Shown here: positions 9,385 through 19,056 of the stretch, in pieces
Layout: the number at the start of each line of letters is the position of its first letter
How positions within the stretch are numbered: the first letter of the stretch is position 1
From: Minisyncoccota bacterium
GTDB lineage: Archaea; Nanobdellota; Nanobdellia; Pacearchaeales; GW2011-AR1
NCBI GenBank assembly: GCA_035453125.1
Contig: DAOTCN010000001.1
Location: 85,061 to 149,060, forward strand
Direction of reading: 5' to 3'
Length of the DNA stretch: 64,000 bases
Made by a program: the position numbers and the translations under genes
The notes under the pieces: generated by a model
What the model was told of the DNA's origin: nothing
The model's database searches: none
What the model saw: the letters and a program-made list of their open reading frames with translations, nothing else

Positions 9385-11205
9385 TTGAGAGGATGTATTA
9401 TGGGATATAGTGATCATTTTTATATGGGAAGTTCTTATGGACTAAATAGTTCTGAACCGAAGTATGGTTATAGGCTTAGAACAGGTAATATAAGTATATC
9501 TACTGATGCTAGAACTGCTAATCAGTTAGGAGAAATATCTCAAAAACTTAATCAAGGAGTTAAGAATATTGAGATGTCTGCTTTAGCTATGCAGGGGATG
9601 GGAGGAGACTTTAATAAAATTCCACAACAACATTTAGAGGAATTAAGAAGAGTTAGTAAACTTGTTGGTGCAAATATAAGTGTTCATGGTCCTCTTATTG
9701 AGCCTTCAGGTGTTAATCTCAGATCTCAACAATGGAATGAAAGTGAGAGACAATATGCTGAGAGAGAAATTAAAGAAGTTTTAATGAGAACTCATGAGAT
9801 AAATCCAGAAGGAAATATTGTTGTTACTTTTCATTCAAGCGCAGCTCTTCCAGAGATGCTTCAAAAAGAAAAAGAAGGTAAGGAAGAAAGAACAAAATCA
9901 TTAGTTGTTATTAATGAAAATAGAGGTGTAACGGAAATTAAAGATCAAGAGAGGTTTTTTCCAAGAGAAACTGAACAAGGAGTTTATAAATTTGATCCAA
10001 AAAAAGAATTAGAAGAGTTAAATAATAAAAATTGGGTTGAATCTATTGATGCATTTGCTTATCATGCAGATATTGCAAAAGATCGTATTATTAGGAGCAG
10101 AGAGTTATCAGAAATTTCTGAAGAAACAAGACAGGCAATTTCAGAAGGAACTCTTGATCCTGAAAAACTTAAAAGAGAAAATCCGTATGATTATCAAGTT
10201 CTTATTGGTGGAGGAAAATCAAATGAAGGTCTTCTTATGTTAAAAAGATCATATGAAGATCTTAAAGGATTATATGAAATGGCCTATAAAAGTGCAAAAG
10301 ATCAAAATAACCAAGAACAATTAAAGAAATTAAATGATTTTGGAAATTTTGTTAAAGAAAATCTTTATAAATTAAAAGAAAGCGATCCAATTGTTTTAAA
10401 TTCTATTATAAGTAAGGGTGTTAATGTTTTGAGTGAAATTAAAGATGTTCAAATATTTAAACCATTAAATGAATTTGCGATTGATAAATCATCTGAAACG
10501 TTTTCAAATGCTGCATTTGATGTTTATAATAAATTTAAAGATAATTCACCAATTATAAGTATTGAAAATCCACCAGCTAACCAAGGTATTAGTAGAGCTG
10601 AAGATTTAAAGAAATTGATTGAAGAATCGAGAAACAAACTTGCTAAAAAATTAATTTCTGAAAAAGGAATTTCTGATGATGAAGCAAGTAAAATTGCTGA
10701 GAAAATGATTGGAGCTACTTGGGATGTTGGACATATAAATATGATAAGAAAATTTGGTTATGGAGAACAGGATGTTGTTAAAGAATCTAAAAAAATTGCT
10801 CCTTTTGTAAAACATGTTCATCTTTCGGATAATTTTGGAATGGAACATAGTGAATTGCCTATGGGCATGGGTAATGTTCCAATGAAAAAAATTATGGAAG
10901 AATTGGGAGAGAAAGGAGAAAAGGCTGCAAAAGTTATTGAGGCATTTGATTGGTGGTCAAATTTTAAAACATCTCCGTTAGTTGAATCTTTGCAAGCTTT
11001 TAGTTCACCGGTTTATGCTATGAAAATGGAGCCTTATTGGAATAGTTCTATGAATTATGGAAATTACTTTTCAGGTTATGGTGAAATGCTTCCAGATAGA
11101 TATTTTTCCGATATGGGTTCAGGTTTTTCGAATCTTCCTTCAGAATTAGGTGGTCGAATGCAAACAAGTGGAAAATCTAGAATGAGCGGAACTCCGATGG
11201 CTTAA
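9385..11205 (+). CDS. xylose-isomerase-like TIM-barrel (AP endonuclease 2 / sugar phosphate isomerase superfamily) protein with large insertions
   Basis: 606 aa; VKHVHLSDN...E metal-binding motif near the C-terminus; glycine-rich tail. Confidence 0.35.
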   Translation: MRGCIMGYSDHFYMGSSYGLNSSEPKYGYRLRTGNISISTDARTANQLGEISQKLNQGVKNIEMSALAMQGMGGDFNKIPQQHLEELRRVSKLVGANISVHGPLIEPSGVNLRSQQWNESERQYAEREIKEVLMRTHEINPEGNIVVTFHSSAALPEMLQKEKEGKEERTKSLVVINENRGVTEIKDQERFFPRETEQGVYKFDPKKELEELNNKNWVESIDAFAYHADIAKDRIIRSRELSEISEETRQAISEGTLDPEKLKRENPYDYQVLIGGGKSNEGLLMLKRSYEDLKGLYEMAYKSAKDQNNQEQLKKLNDFGNFVKENLYKLKESDPIVLNSIISKGVNVLSEIKDVQIFKPLNEFAIDKSSETFSNAAFDVYNKFKDNSPIISIENPPANQGISRAEDLKKLIEESRNKLAKKLISEKGISDDEASKIAEKMIGATWDVGHINMIRKFGYGEQDVVKESKKIAPFVKHVHLSDNFGMEHSELPMGMGNVPMKKIMEELGEKGEKAAKVIEAFDWWSNFKTSPLVESLQAFSSPVYAMKMEPYWNSSMNYGNYFSGYGEMLPDRYFSDMGSGFSNLPSELGGRMQTSGKSRMSGTPMA

Positions 11206-11250
11206 GACAACATTTATAAATAAAATTTAACTTGTTAATTTGTAAAAAAG

Positions 11251-12078
11251 ATGGTGAAAAAGAAAACTAAATTAAAGTTTGTTAAAGAAAAAGTTGTTTC
11301 AATTGATTTAAAAACAGATAGAGATATTGGAATGGATTTTGCAGTTAAAGTTTATAGAAAATTTGATAAGATTGTTAAAGCAATTGTTTTATTTGGTTCT
11401 TCTGCAAAAAAATCAGCAGTTTCAACTTCAGATATTGATATTGTAATTATAGTTGATGATGCATCAATTCAATGGGATCAAGAATTAATTGCTTGGTATA
11501 GAGAGGAACTTGGTAAAATTGTAGAAAAAAATCCTTATAAAAAAGAATTACATATTAATACTATTAAATTAACAACTTGGTGGGATGATTTAATAAAAGG
11601 AGATGCCGTTCTTCTTAATATTTTAAGGTATGGAGAAGCATTAATTGATATTGGTGGATTTTTTAATCCACTCAAAGCTTTATTAATACAAGGAAGAATA
11701 AAATTAACTCCTGAGGCAGTTTATATTGCATTGCAGAGATCACCAGAGCATATAAGAAGAAGTAAACTTGCTGAGATAAGTGCTGTTGAAGGACTTTATT
11801 GGTCAATGGTTGATTCTGCTCAAGCTGCACTTATGTCTATTAAGCTTCAACCACCTTCACCAGAACATATTCCTTTATTGTTAAAAGAAAATTTTGTAGA
11901 TAATAATCAACTTGATATAAAATATGTATCTTATTTTAGAGATCTTTATATTTTTTATAAAAAGATTATTCATGGTGATATAAATGATCTTGATGGTGCT
12001 GATTTAGAAATGTGGCAAAAAAGAACTGAAGAATTTCTTTCAGTAATGGTTAATCTTGTAAGAGATAGTATTGAATAA
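11251..12078 (+). CDS. nucleotidyltransferase-HEPN fusion protein (KNTase-like)
   Basis: 275 aa; LFGSSAKK..STSDIDIVIIVDD NTase motif followed by a helical HEPN-like C-terminal half. Confidence 0.55.
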   Translation: MVKKKTKLKFVKEKVVSIDLKTDRDIGMDFAVKVYRKFDKIVKAIVLFGSSAKKSAVSTSDIDIVIIVDDASIQWDQELIAWYREELGKIVEKNPYKKELHINTIKLTTWWDDLIKGDAVLLNILRYGEALIDIGGFFNPLKALLIQGRIKLTPEAVYIALQRSPEHIRRSKLAEISAVEGLYWSMVDSAQAALMSIKLQPPSPEHIPLLLKENFVDNNQLDIKYVSYFRDLYIFYKKIIHGDINDLDGADLEMWQKRTEEFLSVMVNLVRDSIE

Positions 12079-12083
12079 GTTAA

Positions 12084-12818
12084 TTATCTTGTAGAATTTT
12101 GAACATATTTTGCAAATTCATAACCTATTGTTGCATAAGCTTTATCTTTATCTTTTTTTTCAAGTGAATTTATATCTGCCTTTAAATATTCTTTTACTTT
12201 GTTTTCGTCAATTTGCCCTTCTTTATCTATAAAATAAGATAAGTACTTATTTATTTCATAATTTGCCCTTCCTTTTATAAGTGTTTTAATTTCTCTTTCA
12301 TTCTTTACTCTAGTTAAAACTTTTGCAAATGCTTCGTTTCCTTCTTTTATGAAATTAATATAACCTTTTACATCCTCTTCTTCAGCTATTTTATTTACTT
12401 TGTCTGATCTTTTTTTAGAATTTATAATATCTTTATAATTTTTATTAGATAAATTTCCAGCAGGTGTTTCGATAAGTATTTTAATCAAATATTCTCCACT
12501 AAGATTATCAATCATTGAATTGTATTCAGGTTCAACTATTTTTGCAAGATTTTGAGTATAACTTTCATATGCTGGTTTTATTGCCTTTGAAAGTGTTGGA
12601 TCAAGTTCTCTTGTAGGTAAGTTTCTTAATAGTTTAAATTCATCTTCACTTAGATCACCATAAGCTATAGGTAAAAGCATTTCAACTTCATTAACATTCC
12701 AGTCTAAGACATTAACTCCTTCTTTTTTTGATTTTTCATATCTTTTTTTTAGATTATCAACTAAACCGTATCTCATTGCTTCTTGCATTAATTCTTCAGT
12801 TATATTTTCAAGTGTCAT
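12084..12818 (-). CDS. hypothetical protein
   Basis: 244 aa ORF with no recognisable motif. Confidence 0.4.
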   Translation of the reverse strand: MTLENITEELMQEAMRYGLVDNLKKRYEKSKKEGVNVLDWNVNEVEMLLPIAYGDLSEDEFKLLRNLPTRELDPTLSKAIKPAYESYTQNLAKIVEPEYNSMIDNLSGEYLIKILIETPAGNLSNKNYKDIINSKKRSDKVNKIAEEEDVKGYINFIKEGNEAFAKVLTRVKNEREIKTLIKGRANYEINKYLSYFIDKEGQIDENKVKEYLKADINSLEKKDKDKAYATIGYEFAKYVQNSTR

Positions 12819-12921
12819 TTTTCCTTTTTTTAGTATGTTTATTAATTTTATAATATATTAAGAGTATTTAAATCTTTCGGTTTGTGTTACCTATATAGTA
12901 GTAACAAAAATTATTGTTTAT

Positions 12922-15510
12922 TTAGAAAATATCTATAATCTCATTTAACTCTTCTTCAGAGAGGTCTTTTACTTGAGAATCCAAGATTTCTTTGTTATCT
13001 TCATTTGATGATTTTTCAATAGATAAGATTTCATCAGCAACATATTCTGGAATCTTTTTATTATTGGAGTATTTTGAGTTGTTTGTTTTGTCTGAATTTT
13101 CAAAGATTAATTCTTTGAGTGATTGTTCATTAGATTTTAAATTTGTAATTGCTATTGCCTCTTCAATATTTTCGCGATTCATTTCTCTTTCTATTTCTTT
13201 TTTATTTTCATATATTTTTTTATTATTGTCTTCTGAATATTCTCTTTTAATAGTTTCATTTTCTTCAATTTCAGAAATTAGCTTTGAGATATCGTAAGCT
13301 GCATCTGCGTTTACAGAAATACTTGATATGTTATTTTGAATAAGAAATTTTACCATTTCTTTATTTGAACCTGCTTGGCCACATATACTTGATTCCACTC
13401 CCATTTCTTCACATGATCTTAAAACTCTTTTAATTAAATTTAATACAGCAGGGTTTGTTTCATTATATAAATATTGAACATCTTCATTTCCACGATCAAT
13501 TGCAAGTGTATATTGAGTAAGGTCATTTGTTCCTAAACTAATAAAGTCTAATTTTTGTTTTAGTAAGTCTTTGATTACAACACATGCTGCAGGAGTTTCA
13601 ACCATTATTCCTACTTTTATATTTTTCATATTCATTTTCATATTTTCAATCACTTTTTTAGCAGATATAACTTCTTCTACAGAAATTATTTGAGGGAACA
13701 TTATTCCAAATATTTTTTCTTTATTTTTTTCAGCACAGTTTTTTATTGCTTGTAGTTCTGCTTTAAATATTGAAGGATTTTTTAAAGAAAATCTTATTCC
13801 ATGCATTCCTAACATTGGATTAAGCTCAAAATTTTTTGGTGCACCTTCTAGATTTCTGAATTCATCTGTTCTTATGTCCGATGCTCTTATCCATACTTCT
13901 TTAAAATATTCAGAAATTTTTTCAACACCTTCTTCTATTATTTTTGTGTAGTCTTGAAGTTTATTTTCTTTTAAGAATTTTATTGGGTGTTTTCCAGATT
14001 CAGCAATTATTCCTTCTAATCTCAAAAGACCAACTGCTTCACATTTTGTTTGTGCTGCTCTTTCAGCAAAACTTGGTAAGTCAACAATTACTTTTATTTT
14101 TGTTTTAGTTTCTACAATAGGTTTTATTTCAACTTTTTGTGTTTTTGCTTCTCCTTCAAATACTTTGCCTTGAAATCCATCAACTGTGATAATTTGACCC
14201 TCTTTTAGTCGTTTTGTTGCAAAATCTGTTCCTACAACAGCTGGAATTCCCATTTCACGGCTTACAATTGCTGCATGACTTGTAATTCCACCTTCATCTG
14301 TGACAATTCCTGCAGATTTTTGCATGGTTACAACCATATCCGGATTTGTCATTTCAGTAACTAAGACATCTCCTTTTTGAACTTTGGTAAGATCTGAAAG
14401 AGTGTGAACAATTTTTACAGGTCCAGATGCAACACCTGGAGATGCTCCAAGACCTGATAGAAGTATTTCTCCTTGTATCTCTTTTTCTTTTGATTCTATT
14501 GAAACAGTTGTTATTGGTCTTGTTTGTAAAATATAAAGTTCTCCAGATTCAACTGCAAATTCAATATCTTGTGGTTTTCCATAATGTTTTTCAAGTTTAA
14601 TTCCATAATCGGCAAATCTTTTAATTTCATGGTCTTCAAGAACTTGCATCTTGCTTCTTGTTGCAGTAAGCTTAACTTCAGTATTATTACCTTGAGAGTC
14701 TCTTACTAATGCAATTTTCTTTTCAGCTATTTTTTTATTAATAATTTCAAGATCTTGAGAAACTTCATAATTATCTGGTTTTATTTTTCCAGAAACAATT
14801 CCCTCACCTAATCCATAAACAGCTTCAATCATAACATTATTATTGTTTTTTACAGGATTTCTTGAAAACATAACTCCTGATTTGTCTGCATTAATCATTT
14901 TTTGAACAATTACTGAAAGAGAGAATTTTTCATTTGCAAATCCTCTTTTTTTTCTATAGTAGATTGCTCGTGCTGTAAAAAGACTTGCAAAATCTCGTTT
15001 AACTGCTTCGATTAGTTGTTTATTTCCCTTTATATTTAAGAAAGTTTCTTGTTGTCCAGCAAAGCTTGATCCTTCTAAATCTTCAGTTGTTGCACTCGAA
15101 CGAACAGCAACAAATGCAGGTTCACTGCTGTTTTTTAGTATACTCAAAGCATATTTGCTTGCAGCTTCAAGAGTCTTTTTATCAACACTTAAATTTTCAT
15201 AAGCTTCAAGTATTTCTTTTTGAAGGTCTTGAGGCATTTCAGAGCTTATTATTATCTTTCTAATACTTTCTGATTCTTTTTCAAGTTCTCCAGTATTATC
15301 AACATCGATTGAATCAAGAATTTCATTTATCTGGTTTTTTATACCTGCTTTTTCAATAAAATGATAGTATGCTTTTGTTGTAATTGCAAAACCTGGAGGA
15401 ACTGGGAATTTGGAATTATACATTTCTCCAAGATTAGCACCTTTACCTCCTGCAATTGGTCCAGAATTTTTATTAAGTTCTGAAAACCATCTAATAAATT
15501 CGCTTGTCAT
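12922..15510 (-). CDS. ppsA: phosphoenolpyruvate synthase (water dikinase) with C-terminal acidic low-complexity tail
   Basis: 862 aa; GGKGANLGEM ATP-grasp start, phospho-His GGITSHAAIVSRE, PEP-utilising TIM domain (NDLTQY); roughly 130 extra C-terminal residues rich in E/K/N. Confidence 0.9.
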   Translation of the reverse strand: MTSEFIRWFSELNKNSGPIAGGKGANLGEMYNSKFPVPPGFAITTKAYYHFIEKAGIKNQINEILDSIDVDNTGELEKESESIRKIIISSEMPQDLQKEILEAYENLSVDKKTLEAASKYALSILKNSSEPAFVAVRSSATTEDLEGSSFAGQQETFLNIKGNKQLIEAVKRDFASLFTARAIYYRKKRGFANEKFSLSVIVQKMINADKSGVMFSRNPVKNNNNVMIEAVYGLGEGIVSGKIKPDNYEVSQDLEIINKKIAEKKIALVRDSQGNNTEVKLTATRSKMQVLEDHEIKRFADYGIKLEKHYGKPQDIEFAVESGELYILQTRPITTVSIESKEKEIQGEILLSGLGASPGVASGPVKIVHTLSDLTKVQKGDVLVTEMTNPDMVVTMQKSAGIVTDEGGITSHAAIVSREMGIPAVVGTDFATKRLKEGQIITVDGFQGKVFEGEAKTQKVEIKPIVETKTKIKVIVDLPSFAERAAQTKCEAVGLLRLEGIIAESGKHPIKFLKENKLQDYTKIIEEGVEKISEYFKEVWIRASDIRTDEFRNLEGAPKNFELNPMLGMHGIRFSLKNPSIFKAELQAIKNCAEKNKEKIFGIMFPQIISVEEVISAKKVIENMKMNMKNIKVGIMVETPAACVVIKDLLKQKLDFISLGTNDLTQYTLAIDRGNEDVQYLYNETNPAVLNLIKRVLRSCEEMGVESSICGQAGSNKEMVKFLIQNNISSISVNADAAYDISKLISEIEENETIKREYSEDNNKKIYENKKEIEREMNRENIEEAIAITNLKSNEQSLKELIFENSDKTNNSKYSNNKKIPEYVADEILSIEKSSNEDNKEILDSQVKDLSEEELNEIIDIF

Positions 15511-15763
15511 TTTCCTCTTTATTTTGTTTTATATTTAGGGTAAACAAGTAAGCATTAATAAAGTTTGTTATGGCTTGAAATTTATTTTATTATTTATTAT
15601 AAAAGTTTAAAAAATAGTTAATAAGGACAATAGAATAAATAATTAAAAAATTAATTAGGTGAACAAAATGTTTTTAGATCTTATAATAAATAATAGTATG
15701 ACAAACTTATTTTGCAAGAGAAAAATTAAAAAACTATGATTTGAGTATTAATTAAATTGACAA

Positions 15764-15985
15764 ATGAAAAACAATATAAATAAAATGTCATGTAAAAATT
15801 GTTCATATTCTTATTATAGTTCCGATGACTATTTTGAATATGAAAAATGTAGTATTTCTGGTAAGTATAATGATTATCCAATTAATCTTGCTGCATTACA
15901 TAAGATTTTATCTTTAAATCAAGAAGATTCTTTAGATTTTTGTGAGTATTATAAACCAAGAAATAAAAAAGAAATGTTCAATTAA
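15764..15985 (+). CDS. small Cys-containing hypothetical protein
   Basis: 73 aa ORF with a CxxC pair. Confidence 0.25.
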   Translation: MKNNINKMSCKNCSYSYYSSDDYFEYEKCSISGKYNDYPINLAALHKILSLNQEDSLDFCEYYKPRNKKEMFN

Positions 15986-16032
15986 AATTTAATTAATACT
16001 CAAAAATCAGTATTATTTAGAGTGTAGTGTAT

Positions 16033-16257
16033 TTAATGTTTTTTATATAATAAATTACTTTTTATTCTTTTTTCAATTATAAAAAGAGCAAATCCTAAAA
16101 ATAAAAAAGTTAATCCAAAAATAAGGCTTATTGAAGGTGAAACGTTTCTTATTCCAATAATTGCACCAAGTGTTTTAACCTCTGCATTAATTAAAAGGAA
16201 TGCTCCCAAAATTATTGAGAACAAACTTAAAACAATATAGAATGTTTTAATATTCAT
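16033..16257 (-). CDS. small membrane protein
   Basis: 74 aa with two TM helices. Confidence 0.25.
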   Translation of the reverse strand: MNIKTFYIVLSLFSIILGAFLLINAEVKTLGAIIGIRNVSPSISLIFGLTFLFLGFALFIIEKRIKSNLLYKKH

Positions 16258-16286
16258 TTTATTAAATGTTATTTTATTTTAAATTT

Positions 16287-16829
16287 TCAGTTTTTTATTT
16301 TTTCTTGGGTAATCTTTGTTTTGCAAGGGAGTTTTGATTTTACAGAATTTATAATATCTTTAATTATTTTTATTTGTTTATCTCCACTTGTTGAAATTAA
16401 GTATATTTCTTGGTTTTGTTTTAATAATGCTGCTCTTCCCATTGCTTTTCCAAATGATGCAGACATACCTGTCTGCATTCTATCTGCTCCAGCTCCTGTC
16501 AACATTTTATTTTCTCTAAGAATATGGTGCGGGTAAACTCTTACTTCAAAATAATACTGGCCAGGAATTTTATTTTCAAGATTCCTTGAAATATATTGTC
16601 TTGCTGCTTCAAGTGCATTATCTCTTATTTGAACTTTTTCTGTTGTTGCTACTTTTATTACTGTGTCAAATTTTCTTTCTTCATAAAGCTTCATTTTTCC
16701 CATATTAAATTTATTTATTTTTTGTACAGGAACAGCTTTTATAAAATTCTTTGATTTTCTTTTAGATTTTCTAGTATAAGGTCTTGCATATCTTTTTGAA
16801 TAAGCTCCAGCTTTTCTTAAACTTGCCAT
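16287..16829 (-). CDS. rpl10e: ribosomal protein L10e (uL16)
   Basis: 180 aa; RVYPHHILRENKM..GAGADRMQTGM signature. Confidence 0.85.
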   Translation of the reverse strand: MASLRKAGAYSKRYARPYTRKSKRKSKNFIKAVPVQKINKFNMGKMKLYEERKFDTVIKVATTEKVQIRDNALEAARQYISRNLENKIPGQYYFEVRVYPHHILRENKMLTGAGADRMQTGMSASFGKAMGRAALLKQNQEIYLISTSGDKQIKIIKDIINSVKSKLPCKTKITQEKIKN

Positions 16830-16830
16830 T

Positions 16831-17097
16831 TTATTTCATCTCCACCTCAGTTGTTAATGCTTGACCTGGAAGACCTTTTTCAAATATAGCTCTTACAAGT
16901 CCTTTGTTTCCATGAGCACCAGATATTTTACCGGTTATAACTTTCTTTTTAACACCTGGAGAAGTCCATGTAACTTCTTTACCTATTGATTTTTCTGCTT
17001 CAGCTCTAGTTTTGAATCCAAAGTCAAGGATAAAATGCTTTTCAGTAACTGTATGTCTTCCTTGTCTAAATTGTATAACTTTTCCTTTGTTTGTCAT
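16831..17097 (-). CDS. rpl35ae: ribosomal protein L35Ae (eL33)
   Basis: 88 aa; GKISGAHGNKGLVRAIFEKGLPGQAL matches the archaeal L35Ae C-terminal signature. Confidence 0.8.
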   Translation of the reverse strand: MTNKGKVIQFRQGRHTVTEKHFILDFGFKTRAEAEKSIGKEVTWTSPGVKKKVITGKISGAHGNKGLVRAIFEKGLPGQALTTEVEMK

Positions 17098-17164
17098 TAT
17101 TCTACCACAAAAAATATGTTTAAAAATCTAACTATTTATGTTTTTTAAATCTTTTTCACTATGT

Positions 17165-18967
17165 TTATATAACTATTTCAAAATCTCCGAGCTCTTTTTT
17201 CAGAATTTCAAAGAGTTTTCCACTGAATTTAAGCTGAACTTTTCCTTTTTGTTCAGATATTGCTTTGTTTAAAGATTCAATATCTGAATTTTCAAGCTTA
17301 TTTGTTATCTTTTTTATTGTTGTCCCAATAACTAAGAAAGACTCTTTTTCAGTAAAAATTATTTCAGCTTGTTGTTTATTGTTTGAAGAACCATAAAGTA
17401 TTTGCATTCTTGATTTGTCTATTGTGACTAAATCACATCTTTGTCCATAATCAATTAATTGATTAATTAATAATGTTGCATTTTTTCTTGCATTTTCAAT
17501 ATCATTCTTTTTTATTTTTCCTGACTTAAATTCAGTTATGGCTTTTTCAATGTTTTTTAACATTTCAAGCATTTTTACTGGCATTTTTCCTTTTTTAACA
17601 AGTTCTTTGTTGAACAGTTCAATTAATTCTTTCTTAGACTTTTTACCAAATAAATTTTCAAGAATTTGGAAAACATCTTTTTCAATTTGTTCAATTGTCT
17701 TTTTCTGACTTACTTTTTCAATTTGTTCTCTTAGTTTTTTCATTCTTTTAATAAAATCTTCTATTTCAATTATTAATTCATCTATTTCTGAACCTTTTAT
17801 TTCTGTTACTTTCCCATGTTCGTACCCTTTGTATATTTTTATTATTTTATCGAGAATATCTGCATACTTTTTTTCAAGTATTTTTTCTTTGTTTACAAAT
17901 GTTTCTTGAAAGATTTGTGCAGTATCTTTTGGAACTGGTGGAGGAAGACCATAAAGCATTAATAAAGCTTGTGCAGGTGTTATTGCTCCCCAATATATAT
18001 CATTTATAACAATATCTAATAATCTTCTTTTTGCTGTTTTCTCAACTTTATCTCCCATTGACATAAAAATATCAATTGCTTCAGGAGATGGCTTGATTTT
18101 ACCCATCTTTAGAAGAAGTTTCCAAGGGATGAATGTTCCTCTATCATATAGTGGAACTCCATCTCTAATAAATGTAAACATAACAGGATGTGCATCTTTA
18201 ACAGCTTCCCAGAAATCTGTTAAAAGATAAATTTGTGGTTCTAATTTATTTTTTGCACCAGATATTGCAGCTGCATCTGCAAGATATTTATAGATAATAC
18301 TCCTTAACTTTTCTCTTAATTCTAATCGAGGCATTCTTTTTACATCAGTATCATCAATAATTATAAAAACATCAACGTCAGAGGTTTTTGTTGCTGTACC
18401 TCTTACTAAAGAACCTGCAATTACATAACTTGAAACATATTTTTCAAATTTCCTTATTACTAAATTTTTGTGTACTTCTGCAACTCTTAATGCTCCAAGT
18501 AATCCTTTATCATACAAAGGATAAGAAAGAGCAATTGCTGATACTAGTTCATATCTCGAATCCATTCCGAAATTCCATATATCAACAGGAGTTATTATAT
18601 GTAACCATAATTTTGGTTTTATGTCTTTTGTTTTTTCAATTAATTCTTTTTTTATCTTTTCTATATTCTTGAATTGTTCTTCTGGAATTAGAACTAAAAC
18701 ATGTTCTCTTTTTTCATTTTTTTCAGATTCAGGAATATCCTCTTCTTCTTCGATTTTAGGGATTGATTGAGGAGGAAGTAAACTTACTGATATTGTAAAA
18801 GGGTATTTTTTGATAATCATATCTTTTACTTTATTTAGTTCATTTTTTCTTTTTTCAATCTCTTTTTTAACACTTTCAGATATTTCAGGCATTAAATCTT
18901 TCGAAACATATTTTTTATTGTCTACAATTTCTGAATGTAAATCTTTTACTTGTTTTTCTTCAGCCAT
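17165..18967 (-). CDS. large nucleotidyltransferase-domain protein (NTase + HEPN-like core with coiled-coil extensions)
   Basis: 600 aa; GSLVRGTATKTSDVDVFIIIDD NTase motif; helical HEPN-like region; K/E-rich coiled-coil N- and C-terminal parts. Confidence 0.5.
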   Translation of the reverse strand: MAEEKQVKDLHSEIVDNKKYVSKDLMPEISESVKKEIEKRKNELNKVKDMIIKKYPFTISVSLLPPQSIPKIEEEEDIPESEKNEKREHVLVLIPEEQFKNIEKIKKELIEKTKDIKPKLWLHIITPVDIWNFGMDSRYELVSAIALSYPLYDKGLLGALRVAEVHKNLVIRKFEKYVSSYVIAGSLVRGTATKTSDVDVFIIIDDTDVKRMPRLELREKLRSIIYKYLADAAAISGAKNKLEPQIYLLTDFWEAVKDAHPVMFTFIRDGVPLYDRGTFIPWKLLLKMGKIKPSPEAIDIFMSMGDKVEKTAKRRLLDIVINDIYWGAITPAQALLMLYGLPPPVPKDTAQIFQETFVNKEKILEKKYADILDKIIKIYKGYEHGKVTEIKGSEIDELIIEIEDFIKRMKKLREQIEKVSQKKTIEQIEKDVFQILENLFGKKSKKELIELFNKELVKKGKMPVKMLEMLKNIEKAITEFKSGKIKKNDIENARKNATLLINQLIDYGQRCDLVTIDKSRMQILYGSSNNKQQAEIIFTEKESFLVIGTTIKKITNKLENSDIESLNKAISEQKGKVQLKFSGKLFEILKKELGDFEIVI

Positions 18968-19056
18968 TTTTATTTATTTTAATCTTACTTTTATTCAATA
19001 GTTTATAGTTTATAAAACTAAGGATATATAAAGTTAATCAATTATAATTTGATTAA

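Noticed and set aside
10037-10848. Internal ORFs (68 aa +, 65 aa -) within the 606-aa gene
   Set aside because: Alternative-frame artefacts inside a longer, motif-bearing ORF.
12992-15263. Plus-strand ORFs (101 aa, 65 aa) inside ppsA
   Set aside because: Antisense to the well-supported PEP synthase gene.
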